64,000 nucleotides of DNA from Octopus sinensis (lineage: Eukaryota), in assembly GCF_006345805.1 (NCBI RefSeq), contig NC_042999.1, positions 63,302,001-63,366,000 of the forward strand, given 5' to 3'. This document shows, in pieces, positions 13,901 to 25,869 of the stretch. Below the pieces are notes generated by a model. It saw nothing but the letters and a program-made list of their open reading frames with translations, searched no databases and was not told where the DNA came from. Positions within the stretch are counted from its first letter, which is position 1. Each line of letters opens with the position of its first letter. A program made the translations under genes and the position numbers.

Positions 13901-14126
13901 CATCAGAACCAAAAAATTTTGGGAAAGAAAGAAAGAAAGAAAGAAAGAGAAAAATTAACATAAGAGGCGGAAGTAAACATATCTCTCTATCAACACTACG
14001 GAATGTGTACATAGAAAACTATTTGATGACTTGGACTGAATGAGCGGCGAAGTTACGTAAATATAGCGGAAAGAGATATAATGTCGAATATTTTTGAAAA
14101 CTCGACAGTTAAAGTGAAAACGTCAT

Positions 14127-14159
<33 letters not shown>

Positions 14160-14436
14160 TATATACATACATATATATATATATATATAATATAGTGTAT
14201 GTATGTGTGTAAGTGTTTGTCTGTGTGAGTGAGAGAAAGAGAGAGAGAGGAAAAAGGTAGAGAAAGAAAGAGAAAAAATATTTGAAAAGTTATATTGATA
14301 TTGTAAAATGTTTGGTAAATGACACGTGTGCTTCATATTAAAGTTTTATGATAATCGTTAAACTAAATTTAACAAAGTAAATATCTTCGTAGAAAACCAC
14401 CCCCAAATAAAGTTATTCCCGCTTCGTCATATTTAT

Positions 14437-14478
<42 letters not shown>

Positions 14479-14797
14479 TGCGATGTCAAATTCCACACTT
14501 ATTTCACCATAAACATGAATTAGTAAACTCTGGCAAACTTTAAAACACGCGAGGTCGTCTTTTTTTTTTTTTTTATAAAAAGAATTTTCGATCGAGAATC
14601 AGCAGTGGGACTGCTTTAAAAAACATTCAAATAAGGAAAAAGAATGCATGGTATTATTGATTGTTGGTCAAAAGAGTGCGATTAAATGAGTGTACATATA
14701 ATGTAACATACGTACAGTTATTGAATGAGTTTATAATAGAATAATATCAACATACAAGGTGGTGTGTAATCGTGTCAACGTCAAAGTTCGTACTTAC

Positions 14798-14852
14798 GAT
14801 TTGTTTCGACTAGCGAGGCAGCCCGTGACAAAACATCCAGAGGAGTTTCCAT
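14798..14852 (-). CDS. VGLL4: First coding exon of Vestigial-like 4 (VGLL4/Tgi), TEAD-binding Hippo-pathway cofactor; 18 codons + 1 nt, phase-1 donor
   Basis: Minus strand reads ATG GAA ACT CCT CTG GAT GTT TTG TCA CGG GCT GCC TCG CTA GTC GAA ACA AAT C|GTAAGT = METPLDVLSRAASLVETN. METPLDVLSRAASLV is the conserved N-terminus of VGLL4 (recalled from the human isoform METPLDVLSRAASLVHADD). A consensus donor follows immediately. Confidence 0.9.
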
Positions 14853-15169
14853 ACCGTGGGTAACAACTTGGCCGTTTGTGCTGTGACGCCCGACCGGCAG
14901 GAGAAACAAAACTATTCTTGAAGAGGGTGCAGGGCTGACTGCAGTGGGGGAGATGATACTGTATGGAGTGAGATAAGGGGAGGAGGAAAAAATCGCTACT
15001 TTTTTTTTTCCCGTCCTTGCCTCCAACCACTAATACTGTTATTGTTGTTGTTGTTGTTCCTGCTGCTGCTGCCGCCGCCTCCTCTATTTGCGGTTATATG
15101 AATGCGAGAAGAGAGATAGAAGAAAGTTTTGCCCTACACAACCGTTGAGGTGATAGTTCTCAGAATAAA
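14853..15169 (-). promoter_or_regulatory. Probable VGLL4 5' leader/promoter-proximal region
   Basis: No minus-strand ATG between 14853 and 15169. CpG-retaining, with (GCA)n/(CAA)n tracts and no recognisable transposon. The TSS itself cannot be located from sequence. Confidence 0.55.
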
Positions 15170-15595
15170 CATGTGCTGCTTCTCGCTAACAAAATAGTCG
15201 GCATTTTCTTGCTCCCACTCTCACTCTTTCTACCTCTCTCTCTCCTCTTACTCTTTCTTTACTACTGTCGTCTATTCTTTCCTTTTTTTTTCCTATCGTA
15301 CACGCTCGTCTTTTTTAAAAAAAAAAAATTCCTCTCACTATCTCCATCGTTTCCAATCTCCCCTGGCTTTTTCCTTTTTAATAATTCCTTTCTCTCACAT
15401 TCTTTATTGTTCTTTCTCTCTTTTGGCCATTCAGAATTTTGTTTTCTCCAATTCTCTCTCTATCTTTCTTAACTTTATTTTGTCCCTTTTATTCTTTCAA
15501 ATCTTCTCATCGACTCTTTTGTCTTTACTTTTCTTTTCTCTAATTAATTTTATAATCAAAATCTTTCTTGGTGACTTTTTATTTTTCGTTTACAG

Positions 15596-15663
15596 ATCTG
15601 TTGTATCTCTCACAGTGATATCTCTTGGTTATACAAGAAATGGTCCTGTTAGCCAACTCCAAC
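15596..15663 (+). other. Candidate internal exon of a divergent transcript
   Basis: Polypyrimidine tract tttttatttttcgtttacAG before 15596 and donor AAC|GTAAGG after 15663. Contains a short ATG GTC CTG TTA GCC AAC TCC AAC reading. Confidence 0.3.
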
Positions 15664-16967
15664 GTAAGGAGAAAAAAAAAGTTGGGATGAAGGAGAACTT
15701 ACAGATATTTAAAAAAAAATAAGGGGTCAGTTAGTTGACTATTGGTAAACTTTTATTTTTCGTTTTTTTTTAATTCCCATTCAGTGACCTCATGTGACTA
15801 GCAACCTCGAGCCAGAAATTTGCAGGCTGAGTCATTAATTTAATTGAAAAACTTCAAACAGAAATACAATTGTTTTAAACCACAACTTAGTAAAATATTT
15901 GCAAGTGTATATTGTACTACGATACCTGTGAGCTTATATTAAACATTTTGAAAATATTAAATCATTTTGATCTTATCAAAGTCTACACTTAATTTTTTTT
16001 TTCTGATGTTTTATTTATACTCAAAGCAGTTTCTAAAATCATTCTCCGAATTTTTACCGCTTCAACAGGTTACATCAGAAATTAGGTTTCTAATATAATG
16101 CCTTTAAACGTCTAACTACTTTCTAAGGGGTGTTTATTCGATGTAGATAAGGCGGGGAAAAAAAAAAAGCAGCAATTAAACATTAGAAGAAAATTGCTAA
16201 AAGAATGCCATTTCGGGGCACGTACTGAAATAAACAACCAAATTATATTTCGGACAAACGTTCACTCGTTTAGTTTGAAAATTTAGTTTTCTATAGAAAT
16301 TCAAATTCCACTAAGAAACTTTTCTTTCCGTTATCTCTGCTATTATTGTTAAATAATACAGTTTTTGCTCCTTACATGTATTTACTTCATCACTGCAACA
16401 TTATAGTCTAACTTGACACTACATATGTCAAATAATTTTTTCGTCTCTCATTGTCCTCTTCCAAGGAATCTATCCAGTCAATCTTCAACTTTAATCCTGT
16501 AACACATTACCAGTGCATACATATCTTTCTTTTCTCCTACTGTATGCACCATTTATTCTGTTTTAATTCCTCGACCTTCCACTCCACTTGTTCTCTCTCT
16601 CTCTCTCTAACTAGTTTTCCTTAATATATTAAAACATGTCACCTGCCTTTGATGATAGAGGGATGTTTAAAATGTTTAGAGGCACTAACTACGTTGTGCC
16701 CCCTCTTACAACCTTGTAACCCCCCCCCCCTCTCTCTCTTCCCACACACACATACAAGGTGATTCCAAAGTTCCTTTAGCGTCTTATAGTGTATTTCCAC
16801 TATGAAAAATGTACCAAGCTAAAGTGTTTACTTTTTGAACAAACAGCCCCACTGCTCAGCACCTTGGACAAGTGTCTTTTGCTATAGCCCTAGACCAACC
16901 AGTATTCTTGTGAGGGAATTTAATAGATTGGAAACTGAAAGAAGCCTGGATTACATCTATCTATCTA

Positions 16968-17035
<68 letters not shown>

Positions 17036-17505
17036 ACCACTAAGCTACAGCTATAAATGTTAATGTCACACTGTTTGTGGTTAGGCAGCAACTGGAGATG
17101 TTTATTGACATTTCTTGCTGACAAATCATCCTCTTGCTCTGCTCTGTTCTTTCAAATTCCTCTAGAATAAAAGAAAGATTCCTTATTTGAAAACAGATAA
17201 GGGTTGGTGTCAGGAAAAGCATCTGGTTGTAAAACCTTGCCTCAAATTACTCCCATCTAAGCCATATCAGTGTAAATAAAACAAGCATTAAATGAAACAA
17301 ACTTTTACTGTTATTTTATTTGGTAAAGAATTCAGAATCTCCCTTACCATGTTTAAAACATAATCAACACCCTTTTGCAACAACTAAAATCAAATCTATC
17401 AAGAATATTGTGGTTTGAATTTTCATCACTTCGTTGATTCTTTACTTTAAATACTTAATGATTTTGATTACACTTCTGCAGATCTGATCATAAAAATTGC
17501 CCCAA

Positions 17506-17542
17506 ATGAAGAAATGCAAGGAATTAAGATCAGAACTTCAAG
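17506..17542 (+). CDS. Candidate sORF exon 1 (MKKCKELRSELQ, phase 1) in putative exon 17482-17542
   Basis: Acceptor cacttctgcAG at 17480-17481, ATG at 17506, donor AAG|GTAAAC after 17542. Phase-compatible with the candidate exon at 19603. No homology recognised. Confidence 0.27.
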
Positions 17543-17923
17543 GTAAACAAAAGGTCAGACCAAATCTAGACCACCACTATCATGGAAATTGAGCATTAAG
17601 GAATTGATATGTACTGAGATCCCAGTATGCTGTAGAATAGTTCTTTAAGATATTCTTTTTGCTTACAAGTCTTTTCAGCAATTCCATGTAGATATCCTTT
17701 GGTATAGCAGTGTCAAAAAATAATAATAAATAAAATATCAATCAAAAAGTTATCACATTGTGTTGCCTAGCCAGACAGTAGCCTTCGGCAACAAAAAGCA
17801 CCTATCGAGTGTTTGGGGGGGGGGGGTTATTTTATAACTCTATACTTAACATCAAATTTCTTGACAGTGCTCCAGTCATGAAAGGTTGCTTTGTCACAAA
17901 ATAAAATTTTCCTAAGTTAGTGT

Positions 17924-18091
17924 AGGAGTAGCTGTGTGGTAAGTAGCTTGCTTACCAACCACATGGTTCTGGGTTCAGTCCCACTGTGTGGCACCTTGGG
18001 CAAGTGTCTTCTACTATAGCCTCGGGCCGGCCAAAGCCTTGTGAGTGGATTTGGTAGACGGAAACTGAAAGAAGCCCATTGTATATGTATA

Positions 18092-18126
<35 letters not shown>

Positions 18127-18585
18127 TTTAAATTTAAAATGAGGGTGAGAAATTAGATAGTAATTTAATTAACATTAATTTCACACCAGTGGTCTGGCAT
18201 ATAAAAAAACTGAAGGTTCAGTAAAATTGTATTATATACATATCAGAGGGAAACGGTTGTTTTGCTAAATTTTTCTTGAGAACATTTCTTAGTGGTAAGA
18301 CCATAGCGGATCTATTTCTAGCATAAGGGTGTCTACATAGTGGTTTCCCTCTAATATGTATATATATATATGTGTGTGTGTGTGTCTGTGTCTGTACCCC
18401 CAACATCACTTGACAACCGATGCTGGTGTGTTTATGTCCCCGTAACTTAGTGGTTCAGCAAAAGAGACTGATAGAATAAGTACTAGGCTTACAAAGAATA
18501 AGTCCTGGGGTCAATTTGCTTGACTAAAGGCGGTGGTCCAACATAGCCGCAGACTAATGACTGAAACAAGTAAAAGAGTAAAAAA
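17924..18585 (+). mobile_element. SINE family 1 with about 220 bp of foreign sequence inserted in its central microsatellite
   Basis: Both halves are intact; non-SINE sequence lies at about 18125-18352. Confidence 0.8.
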
Positions 18586-18796
18586 GTAGTCTGTATCCCT
18601 GGCTATTTAAGTCAATGATGAGTACACTTAGCATCAACAGATAATTTCTGACTTATTGACAAAACTTTTCATACCACTAAATTTTAGATACCCAGAGTTT
18701 TGAAGCCTGCATGTGACTGGTATGGATTTTGTTGAAAATGAATTGTAATAAATGGTTTTCACTGAGACAGGTCTTCAAGTAAGCATGTAGTTTTAG

Positions 18797-19327
18797 CCCT
18801 TTAGCATTTAAACTGGCCATATCTGACCCAAAGTGGAGGCGCAGTCGCCTAGTGGTTAGGGCTGCGAACTCACGGTCGGAGGATTGCGGTTTCGATTCCC
18901 AGACCAGGTGTTGTGTGTGTTTATTGAGCGAAAACACCTAAAAGCTCCACAAGGTTCCACCAGTGGGTAGTGGTGACCCCTGTTGTACTCTTTTGCCACA
19001 ACTTTCTCTCACTCTCTGTTCCTGTTTCTTGAGTAACGCTGTGATGGACTGGCATCCCGTCCAGCTGCGGGGGAATACATACACCACAGAAACCGGGAAA
19101 CCGGGCCCATGAGCCTGGCTAGGCTTGAAAAGGGCGATGTTTATCATTTTATATCTGACCCAAACATTCTACCTGTCTCCAGTCTCTCAAACCTACCCTA
19201 CAATGCCATTTTAAAAATAAACAATCATATCATTGAAGTCTCAGAGCTATGAGACTGCATAATTAATTCAAAACGATGTGAAAAAATAAATAATTACATT
19301 TGACAATATAATCTGAATGTTAAAGGA
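18797..19327. mobile_element. piggyBac-type TTAA MITE (CCCTTTAG termini) interrupted by a SINE
   Basis: Reverse-orientation homologue of 36879-37097; right end TAAAGGA|TTAA. Confidence 0.7.
18833..19150 (+). mobile_element. SINE family 3 nested in the MITE, 14-bp TSD
   Basis: ATATCTGACCCAAA at 18819-18832 and 19151-19164. Confidence 0.9.
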
Positions 19328-19602
19328 TTAAATTGCTTGAAAGTTTTATGAATGGTGATGAGTCTTGGAAGATTCTGGTTTATTTCTTCTTTTTGCATCC
19401 TTTGAACTTATACAATTCATTCATTGTTTTGTGTCATTTTTAAGATAATGAATATTCTCTCATCTTTTTATTATTATGACATTTTTCTTGAATGTATAAA
19501 ACAATATGAAAATATTTACAACAAAATGGTATAGATAGTATTAAAAGTACAGGGTGCTTGGACTAAATTTGATGAATTTTTAAAGTCTCTTTTTTTTTCC
19601 AG

Positions 19603-19682
19603 AAAAGCTTGATGCATTGGTGAAAGTTGTAGTTGAGAAAAAGTTAGCTGACATGGACAACTGGAAACCATCTGAATATTGA
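19603..19682 (+). CDS. Candidate sORF exon 2 (EKLDALVKVVVEKKLADMDNWKPSEY*)
   Basis: Strong acceptor ctctttttttttccAG with a CTAAA branch-like motif about 37 nt upstream. Open frame closed by TGA TAA TGA. Confidence 0.3.
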
Positions 19683-19899
19683 TAATGAGTTGCCTGTATT
19701 ATAATAATTCACACTTTATATCAAAATGCTGACAGCACAACTGCTGCTTCATACTCAGTGAACACTGTAAAGACATGGACAGCTGCCACAGAGAATGCAA
19801 AGCCATGGCTAGCAGGAAGGGACACAGCTGGCATTCTGACAGCATCTGCACACTGGAATTCATTCCACTTCTTTGAATAGGGCCTTAGGCCCAATTGAT

Positions 19900-20250
19900 A
19901 TGATTATCTCTGTGTCGCCTTACTGGCACTTGTGCTGGTGGCACGTGACAAAACATTTGAGCGAGGTCGTTGCCAGTGCCGCTGGACTGGCTCCTGTGCA
20001 GGTGGCACATAAAAAGCACCATTTGAGCATGGCTGTTGCCAGTACCGCCTTACTGGCCCTTGTGCTGGTGGCACATAAAAGCAGCCGCTACACTCTCAGA
20101 GTGGTTGGCGTTAGGAAGAGCATCCAGCTGTAGAAACTCTGCCTGATCAGATTGGAGTCTGGTGCAGCCATCTGGTTCACCAGTCCTCAGTCAAATCATC
20201 CAACCCATGCCAGCATGGAAAGCGGACGTTAAACGATGATGATGATGATG
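19900..20250 (+). mobile_element. RTE-LINE 3' UTR/tail fragment with minisatellite units and (GAT)n tail
   Basis: GTGGCAC(G/A)TAAAAAGCAC units, GTTGGCGTTAGGAAGAGCATCCAGCTGTAGAAAC, then GGACGTTAAACGATGATGAT. Confidence 0.8.
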
Positions 20251-20254
20251 ACAA

Positions 20255-20590
20255 CAGACTGTGGTCAATTCCTGGCTGGAGGTGATTGCTGCTGGAAGGC
20301 CACATGTGTGGCAACAGGATTCAGTTCTCTCTGGAAAGAGTCGGAGGTGTTTGTTAGAGAATCTCTATAACTTCACCTGCCCCAATTTCTGGCTTCCTAA
20401 TTTCCCTGGGGTACAGTTATGAAAAACACTAACTGCTCTACCTGCAGTATTAAGGCTGAACTGGAGGCCAAGATCAAAGAGGTGTTTAAAGATCTTCCTA
20501 GGGATATAGTCAGGAGTGAATGCACCAGGTTTTGGAGCCTCTTGATGCTGTAATGGAAGCTGAGGGTGGAGACTTTGGGTAAACTGTTTT
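20255..20590 (+). mobile_element. Tc1/mariner (maT-like) transposase C-terminal remnant
   Basis: Frameshifted reading GRPHVWQQDS...NFWLPNFP...WGTVMKNTN...AELEAKIKEVFKDLPRDIVRSECTRF...AVMEAEGGDF. Confidence 0.7.
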
Positions 20591-20609
20591 CTCCCGGCCA
20601 TAATCATCA

Positions 20610-20945
20610 TGATCATCATCGTTTAACATCTGCTTTCCATGCTAGCATGGGTTGGATGTATGACTGAGGGCTGGCGAACCAGATGGCTGCACCAGGCTTC
20701 AATCTTGATCTGGCAGAGTTTTTACAGCTGGATGCCCTTCCTAATGCCAACCACTCTGAGAGTGTAGTGGGTGCTTTTACGTGCCAGTCAGGTGGCACTG
20801 GCAACGACCTCGCTCGAATCTTTTACACATGCCACCGGCAAAGGTGCCAGTAAGGCGATGCTGGTAACGATCACGCTCGAATAGTGCTTTCTATGTGCCA
20901 CCGGCACAGAGGCCAGATAGCTGCTCTGGCAACAATCAGGCTCGG
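20610..20945 (-). mobile_element. RTE-LINE 3' tail fragment
   Basis: Reverse complement of the same (GAT)n-tailed family. Another copy at about 22590-22790. Confidence 0.8.
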
Positions 20946-21299
20946 ATGGTGAGATCTTGTTGATATTTTTTGATTTCTAAAAATACTTTTATTTTTGGAT
21001 GGGTCAGTGTGTTTTCTTTTCCTTTTGTCCAAATTGCCAAATTTAGCCTGAACACCATGAACATATAAATAAAATTGTAACAAGGAAAATTATATATCAT
21101 TTAAATGCTAAAGTAACTTCTGAATCATCCTTTGTGATGATGATGATCATCATCATTTTAATGTGCACTTTTTCATGTTGGCTGAGGTCAGTCAGTGTTC
21201 ACTGAGGCAGATTAAGATGACTGAATGATCTTCTTATCAACCCTAACATGTTTGCACTATCGCTTGGATGGCAGACACTTCAATCTTGCATGTTTCTGT

Positions 21300-22260
21300 G
21301 TAAAGACAAGGACCTCTGCTATCTCAGTCCATGAGATGCAGTAAGCCAGTGACAATGCCACTCTGAGACTGCAGATGGCCTGCAAAGGACAGCTGATCTT
21401 TACAATGCAGCTTATGAACACTTTGGGATGCAGGTAAACACATTAAAGACCAAGACACTGATCCAACCTGCACCAGGCCAGAACAGTCCACCCACAAACA
21501 TTAGCATCAATGGCCAACCCCTACAAGAAGTTGAACACTTCACATACCTTGGAAGTATCCTTTTGAAGACTCCCATGTGTGAAAAGGACTCAGCCAAAGT
21601 GTATTCTTCAATCACGCGCTGACTATCCAGACAAAGACATTGGTCTTCCATGCCATTGTCCCATCAACTTTACGCTTGTCAGACTTGGATGTTGTACTGC
21701 CGTGACTTCAAGCGCCTTGAATGCTTCCAGCAACTAAAGCTACAACAGATCCTCAACATACAATGAGAAGATCACGTTACCAACAACAAGGTTCTTTGCC
21801 GCGCCTCACTACCAAGTGTCGAAGCCACCATTCTCCACCATGGTTGCCGCTGGGTAGGTCATGCCCATCATATGGAGCTCTCTCATCTCCCAGGGATCAT
21901 GCTCTACGGAGAACTTGGCAATCAGAACAAGACCCAGAGGAGGTTTGAAATTCCATTTTAAAGACTAGCTCAAATGGACCTTGGCTCAAGCTAACATCCA
22001 GCCATCCTCATGGGAACAGATTGCTGTGGTTAGAACAGCCCAGAGGACTGCTATCCACAATGGAGCCAGCTCCTTCGAGCAGAATAGACAACAGAATGAG
22101 GAGGTAAAACTCAAGAGAAGAAAAGAGAGTCTTCAACATCCTCAACCTGCACTGACCATCCTGTGTGAGTTTTGCCCACAACTCTTTCACCACTGGCTTG
22201 GACTCCAAAGTCACATTCGGAACAAACATCTGACGAGGAGGCTGGATAGAAAACTGACGA
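21300..22260 (+). mobile_element. RTE (BovB-like) LINE, degenerate 3' RT region and C-terminal zinc finger
   Basis: Decayed YADD region, then FGMQVNTLKTK...NISINGQPLQEVEHFTYLGS and C-terminal CEFCPQLFHHWLGLQSHIRNKH; multiple stops and frameshifts. Confidence 0.85.
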
Positions 22261-22794
22261 ACCCAATCCTCGGATACGAGCTGGAGCCGACTAATATTTT
22301 CCCTTGGTCAGACATGTTTTTGCATAGGATTGGAATTGAATGATGCAGCTTGTACAAAAGCGACAATCAATTACATCTGTCATGTGATGTCAAGACGAAG
22401 AGACACTCACACAGTTTCTAGTTCATGTTGTTCGTATTTAGTATCTGGGTAATCATGTTTTCCTAATATGTGTGGCAATTATATATTTGTTCTGTTGAAG
22501 GAGGCAATATTGGCATGACCCTCTTGAGGATTGCTTTCTGCATAGGTGTTAGAGGTAATCACAAAGAAAACATTATTGTTTGGGAGGATTATCATCATCA
22601 TCATCGTTTAATGTTCGCTTTCCATGCTGGCATGGGTTGGACGGTTTGGATGGCTGCACCAGGCTCCAATCTGATCTGGCAGAGTTTCTACAGTTGAATG
22701 CCCTTCCTAATGCCAACCACTCTGAGGATGTAGTGGGTGCTTTTACGTGCCACCGGCATGAGAGCCAGTATTGGCAACGGCCACGCTGGAACAC

Positions 22795-23146
22795 CATCTT
22801 TAGTCGAGCAAATTAACCCCAGGACTTATTCTTTAGAAGCCTAGTACTTATTCTATCGGTCTCTTTTGCCGAACCACTAAGTGATGGGGACGTAAACACA
22901 CCATCATCGGTTGTCAAGCAATGTTGAAGGGACAAACACAGACACACAAACATATACACACACATACATATATATATATATACAATGGGCTTCTTTCAGT
23001 TTCCGTCTACCAAATCCACTCACAAGGCTTTGGCCAACCTGAGGCTATAGCAGAAGACACTTGCCCAAGGTGCCACACAGTGGGAATTAACCTGGAACCA
23101 TGTGGTTGGTAAGCAAGCTACTTACCGCACAGCCACTCCTGCGCCT
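22795..23146 (-). mobile_element. SINE family 1
   Basis: Reverse complement of the 3497-3859 family. Confidence 0.8.
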
Positions 23147-24007
23147 GAATAAAAATGGTTTGTTCTGTACAAATATTAGTTTTTCTGTAGAATTTCTTTT
23201 CCAGAAGTATATCACCAATATTGAGTTCTGTAAAAAGAGTTGTTTGCAATAAATTTTTGTGCTTGCATTTTTTCCTTACAAATGTTTTTTTTTTTCCATG
23301 AAAATATGTTAAAAATTTGCCTTTTTTCCTTTTGCCCTAGTTATAAATAAATATTCTACTTATATTGCTTACTGGTATTTAGTGTCAAATAAATAAAAGT
23401 GAAAAGCAGCTTATATTTAATATAGATGTGGAGTCTTGCCTGGAAGAAAATTGAGGAGTTAATTATTTCTCATTCAGCTCCTATTATGTCTTAATGTCAC
23501 TAAAAGGGTCAAAAAGGAACCATTGTTGGGCTATACTTAAGGCATCAGTTGGTTTTAATCTAACCTTGACTGCAACTCCCCAGGATTTTCCTCACTGTTC
23601 ATTTTTTTTCAACTGCCATAAGTCTTCAGTAATTCAATCTGAACAAACCATATTAGCTTCAGCCTCCCAGAAGGACCAGCAAAAACTATGACCTCTGATC
23701 TTCCTTCTCAGAATAAAATTTGTAGATACAAAAAACAATATACCATATTTGATGACATATAAAATGCACTTTGTTTTTAAATGTCTCAGAACAATCACCC
23801 TAGGTTCCATATGTGAAGATAATCCTATGTTACATGCTTTGATGTTCTAAAAACTGTCCTTTTATTGAATATGAGCAAAACGCCCCCCGTCCAATGGATG
23901 GTGCTGAGTTGTCAAACATTTAAACCAAATTTTCTCAAAACAACTTGTCCGACCATCCCATAGGCCTCCCCTTTGAGAAACACTGATTTAACCTAAATTT
24001 GAGACAC

Positions 24008-24215
24008 CAGCAAAAGACGGATTTCGACTGATGTACTTGCACATACAAATGCACATTCCCACGGCTTTATCGATTGCATTCTCACCTGGAATTGATTTTT
24101 GTAATTTTTTCAAGATATATATCTACATATCAAATTTGAGGACAATCGGATGAAGGATGCCTGAGATCCTAGAAGACACACACACCGACAGACAGAACGG
24201 ATTTTATATAATAGA
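24008..24215 (-). mobile_element. Helitron-like 5' end fragment
   Basis: Minus strand begins A|TCTATTATATAAAATCCGTTCTGTCTGTC, the 5' style of non-autonomous Helitrons. Confidence 0.55.
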
Positions 24216-25869
24216 TGTGCTGTTAAAATTGAAATATATCTGATATGTTTGTATGTCTTTTATGCCACCAAATAAGGTATATATATATATATATATCATT
24301 TTAGTGTGAACTTGTTTCAGATATACTGTTTGGGTGAAACTCGATTGGATATTTTTCTAGTCACAAACATTCTGTTTCTCTCATGATGAGTATTCTGCTC
24401 CAAGATTTTGAAGTATTCTAATGTGGTCCCAATTCATAATTGTTGACTGTACCCATTCATTTAACACCCTATAATTATTTATCCAACTACAAAGAAATAC
24501 TGAGACATAATAATGCTCCAGCATACTAATTAAACATCTCTGAGCCAACGAAAGAACTTCTATACAGTAACTTGACTTGCTAGAAATAGCAGTCAAATTC
24601 GCTCAAATCGCATTCTATCGTCTTATAAAAGGAAGGGAGCATTAGACAACACTCACAAGCTTACTTACCCACTTCTGTATCATTTCTCTTATATTCATCT
24701 TCCTGTAACTCAAGGATATGCTCTGACACATTTTCTCTCTCTCTCTTTTCCAACAGAGTGGTGGTGGTGGTGGCGGCGGCAATGGTAGTGGGGGAGGGGA
24801 AGGAGGAGTCTGATACTCCTAAAAAAATTGAAAGAACAGTCATGGTTGAAATGCCTTTAGTTGTAGGTCTGCAGGATCAGAACTGACCTGTGGTTAAACA
24901 ACAACAACAACAACAGCTATAGTATTTGAGACACTCTAACCAATATTACCATAGAAGATAGGAAGACAGAAATTGCAATCTACTTGGTTAATGGCTGTGA
25001 AATGCCAGCCAGCACAGAAAACTACTGAAAGCATCATGACAAGCTATACTTCAATCTCCTATGGAATCTTTGGATGTATGTTAAAAATCTAAGTTTTGAG
25101 TCTCTACAAAGTGGTGTCAGCATGTTATCAAAATGAACCTGGAAAACAATCAAGCAAAAAAATCTTACTTAATTCTGACATGTAAATAAAGAATCATAAA
25201 ACAAAAGACCTGAAGTTTATATAATCAAAGAAACCAGTGTTTATAATTATTGATGTCAAGTTTTGGCACAAGGCCAGCAATTTTGGAGGAACGGGTAAGT
25301 TGATTACATCAACTGTGCTCAATACTCAACTTGTACTTATTTTATCAGGGATGAAAAGCAAAGTCAACCTTGGCAGGATTTGAACTCAAAACATGAAGAT
25401 GAACGAATACTGCTAAGCATTTCGCCCAGCTTGCTTATGGTTCTACCAGCTCATGACCTTAGTGTTTATGATTATTGTCATTGCTATATTTGAAGACTAC
25501 AAATATTGCTCTCAAAAAGAATTTGGAAAATTTAATTACGACTCAAAACTGAGATCGGAGCTACTCTCAAGAATGAGAAGAAATAAAAAAAAAGCTTGAT
25601 ACAAATAATGGTTGGAGCACTGAGATCAATTAACCCAAAAGCTTCAATTCTATCTCAGATGACCACAAGCATATATTCAACACCAGACAAGAACAAATTT
25701 GTATTGCTTGGAAGTGTTAATGAAAATAAAAGTAAAGAAAAAAGATTTTCTGAAGTCTTCAAGTCTGATAGAAAGAAGTGAGCTATTGATGTTATTTTCC
25801 AATAGTTGACACCTTGAAAGCATTGCTGCTGCTGTTGCTGTTGAGCAAAGCGGTCTTTGTCCCATTAGT

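Larger units (their letters stand above)
1..14797 (-). other. Probable first intron of VGLL4 (at least 14.8 kb, continuing beyond the window)
   Basis: Begins at GTAAGT (14797). No Tondu/TDU-motif exon was recognised in the ORF track or by reading 1-14797; a small exon could have been missed. Confidence 0.55.

Noticed and set aside
14853-15029. 58-codon in-frame N-terminal extension of VGLL4 (track ORF 14781-15026)
   Set aside because: The start is TTG, not ATG; the frame crosses a homopolymer run and has no recognisable similarity; conservation begins exactly at METPLD. It is treated as 5' UTR, though non-AUG initiation cannot be excluded.
18833-18910. tRNA genes suggested by A/B-box heads (also 6002, 42018, 3497)
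   Set aside because: They continue into SINE bodies with tails and TSDs and do not form complete cloverleaves.
25500-25781. Second RLE-LINE C-terminus (IQIMVGALRSI)
   Set aside because: Only one short motif resembles the 36201 element; too decayed to support.
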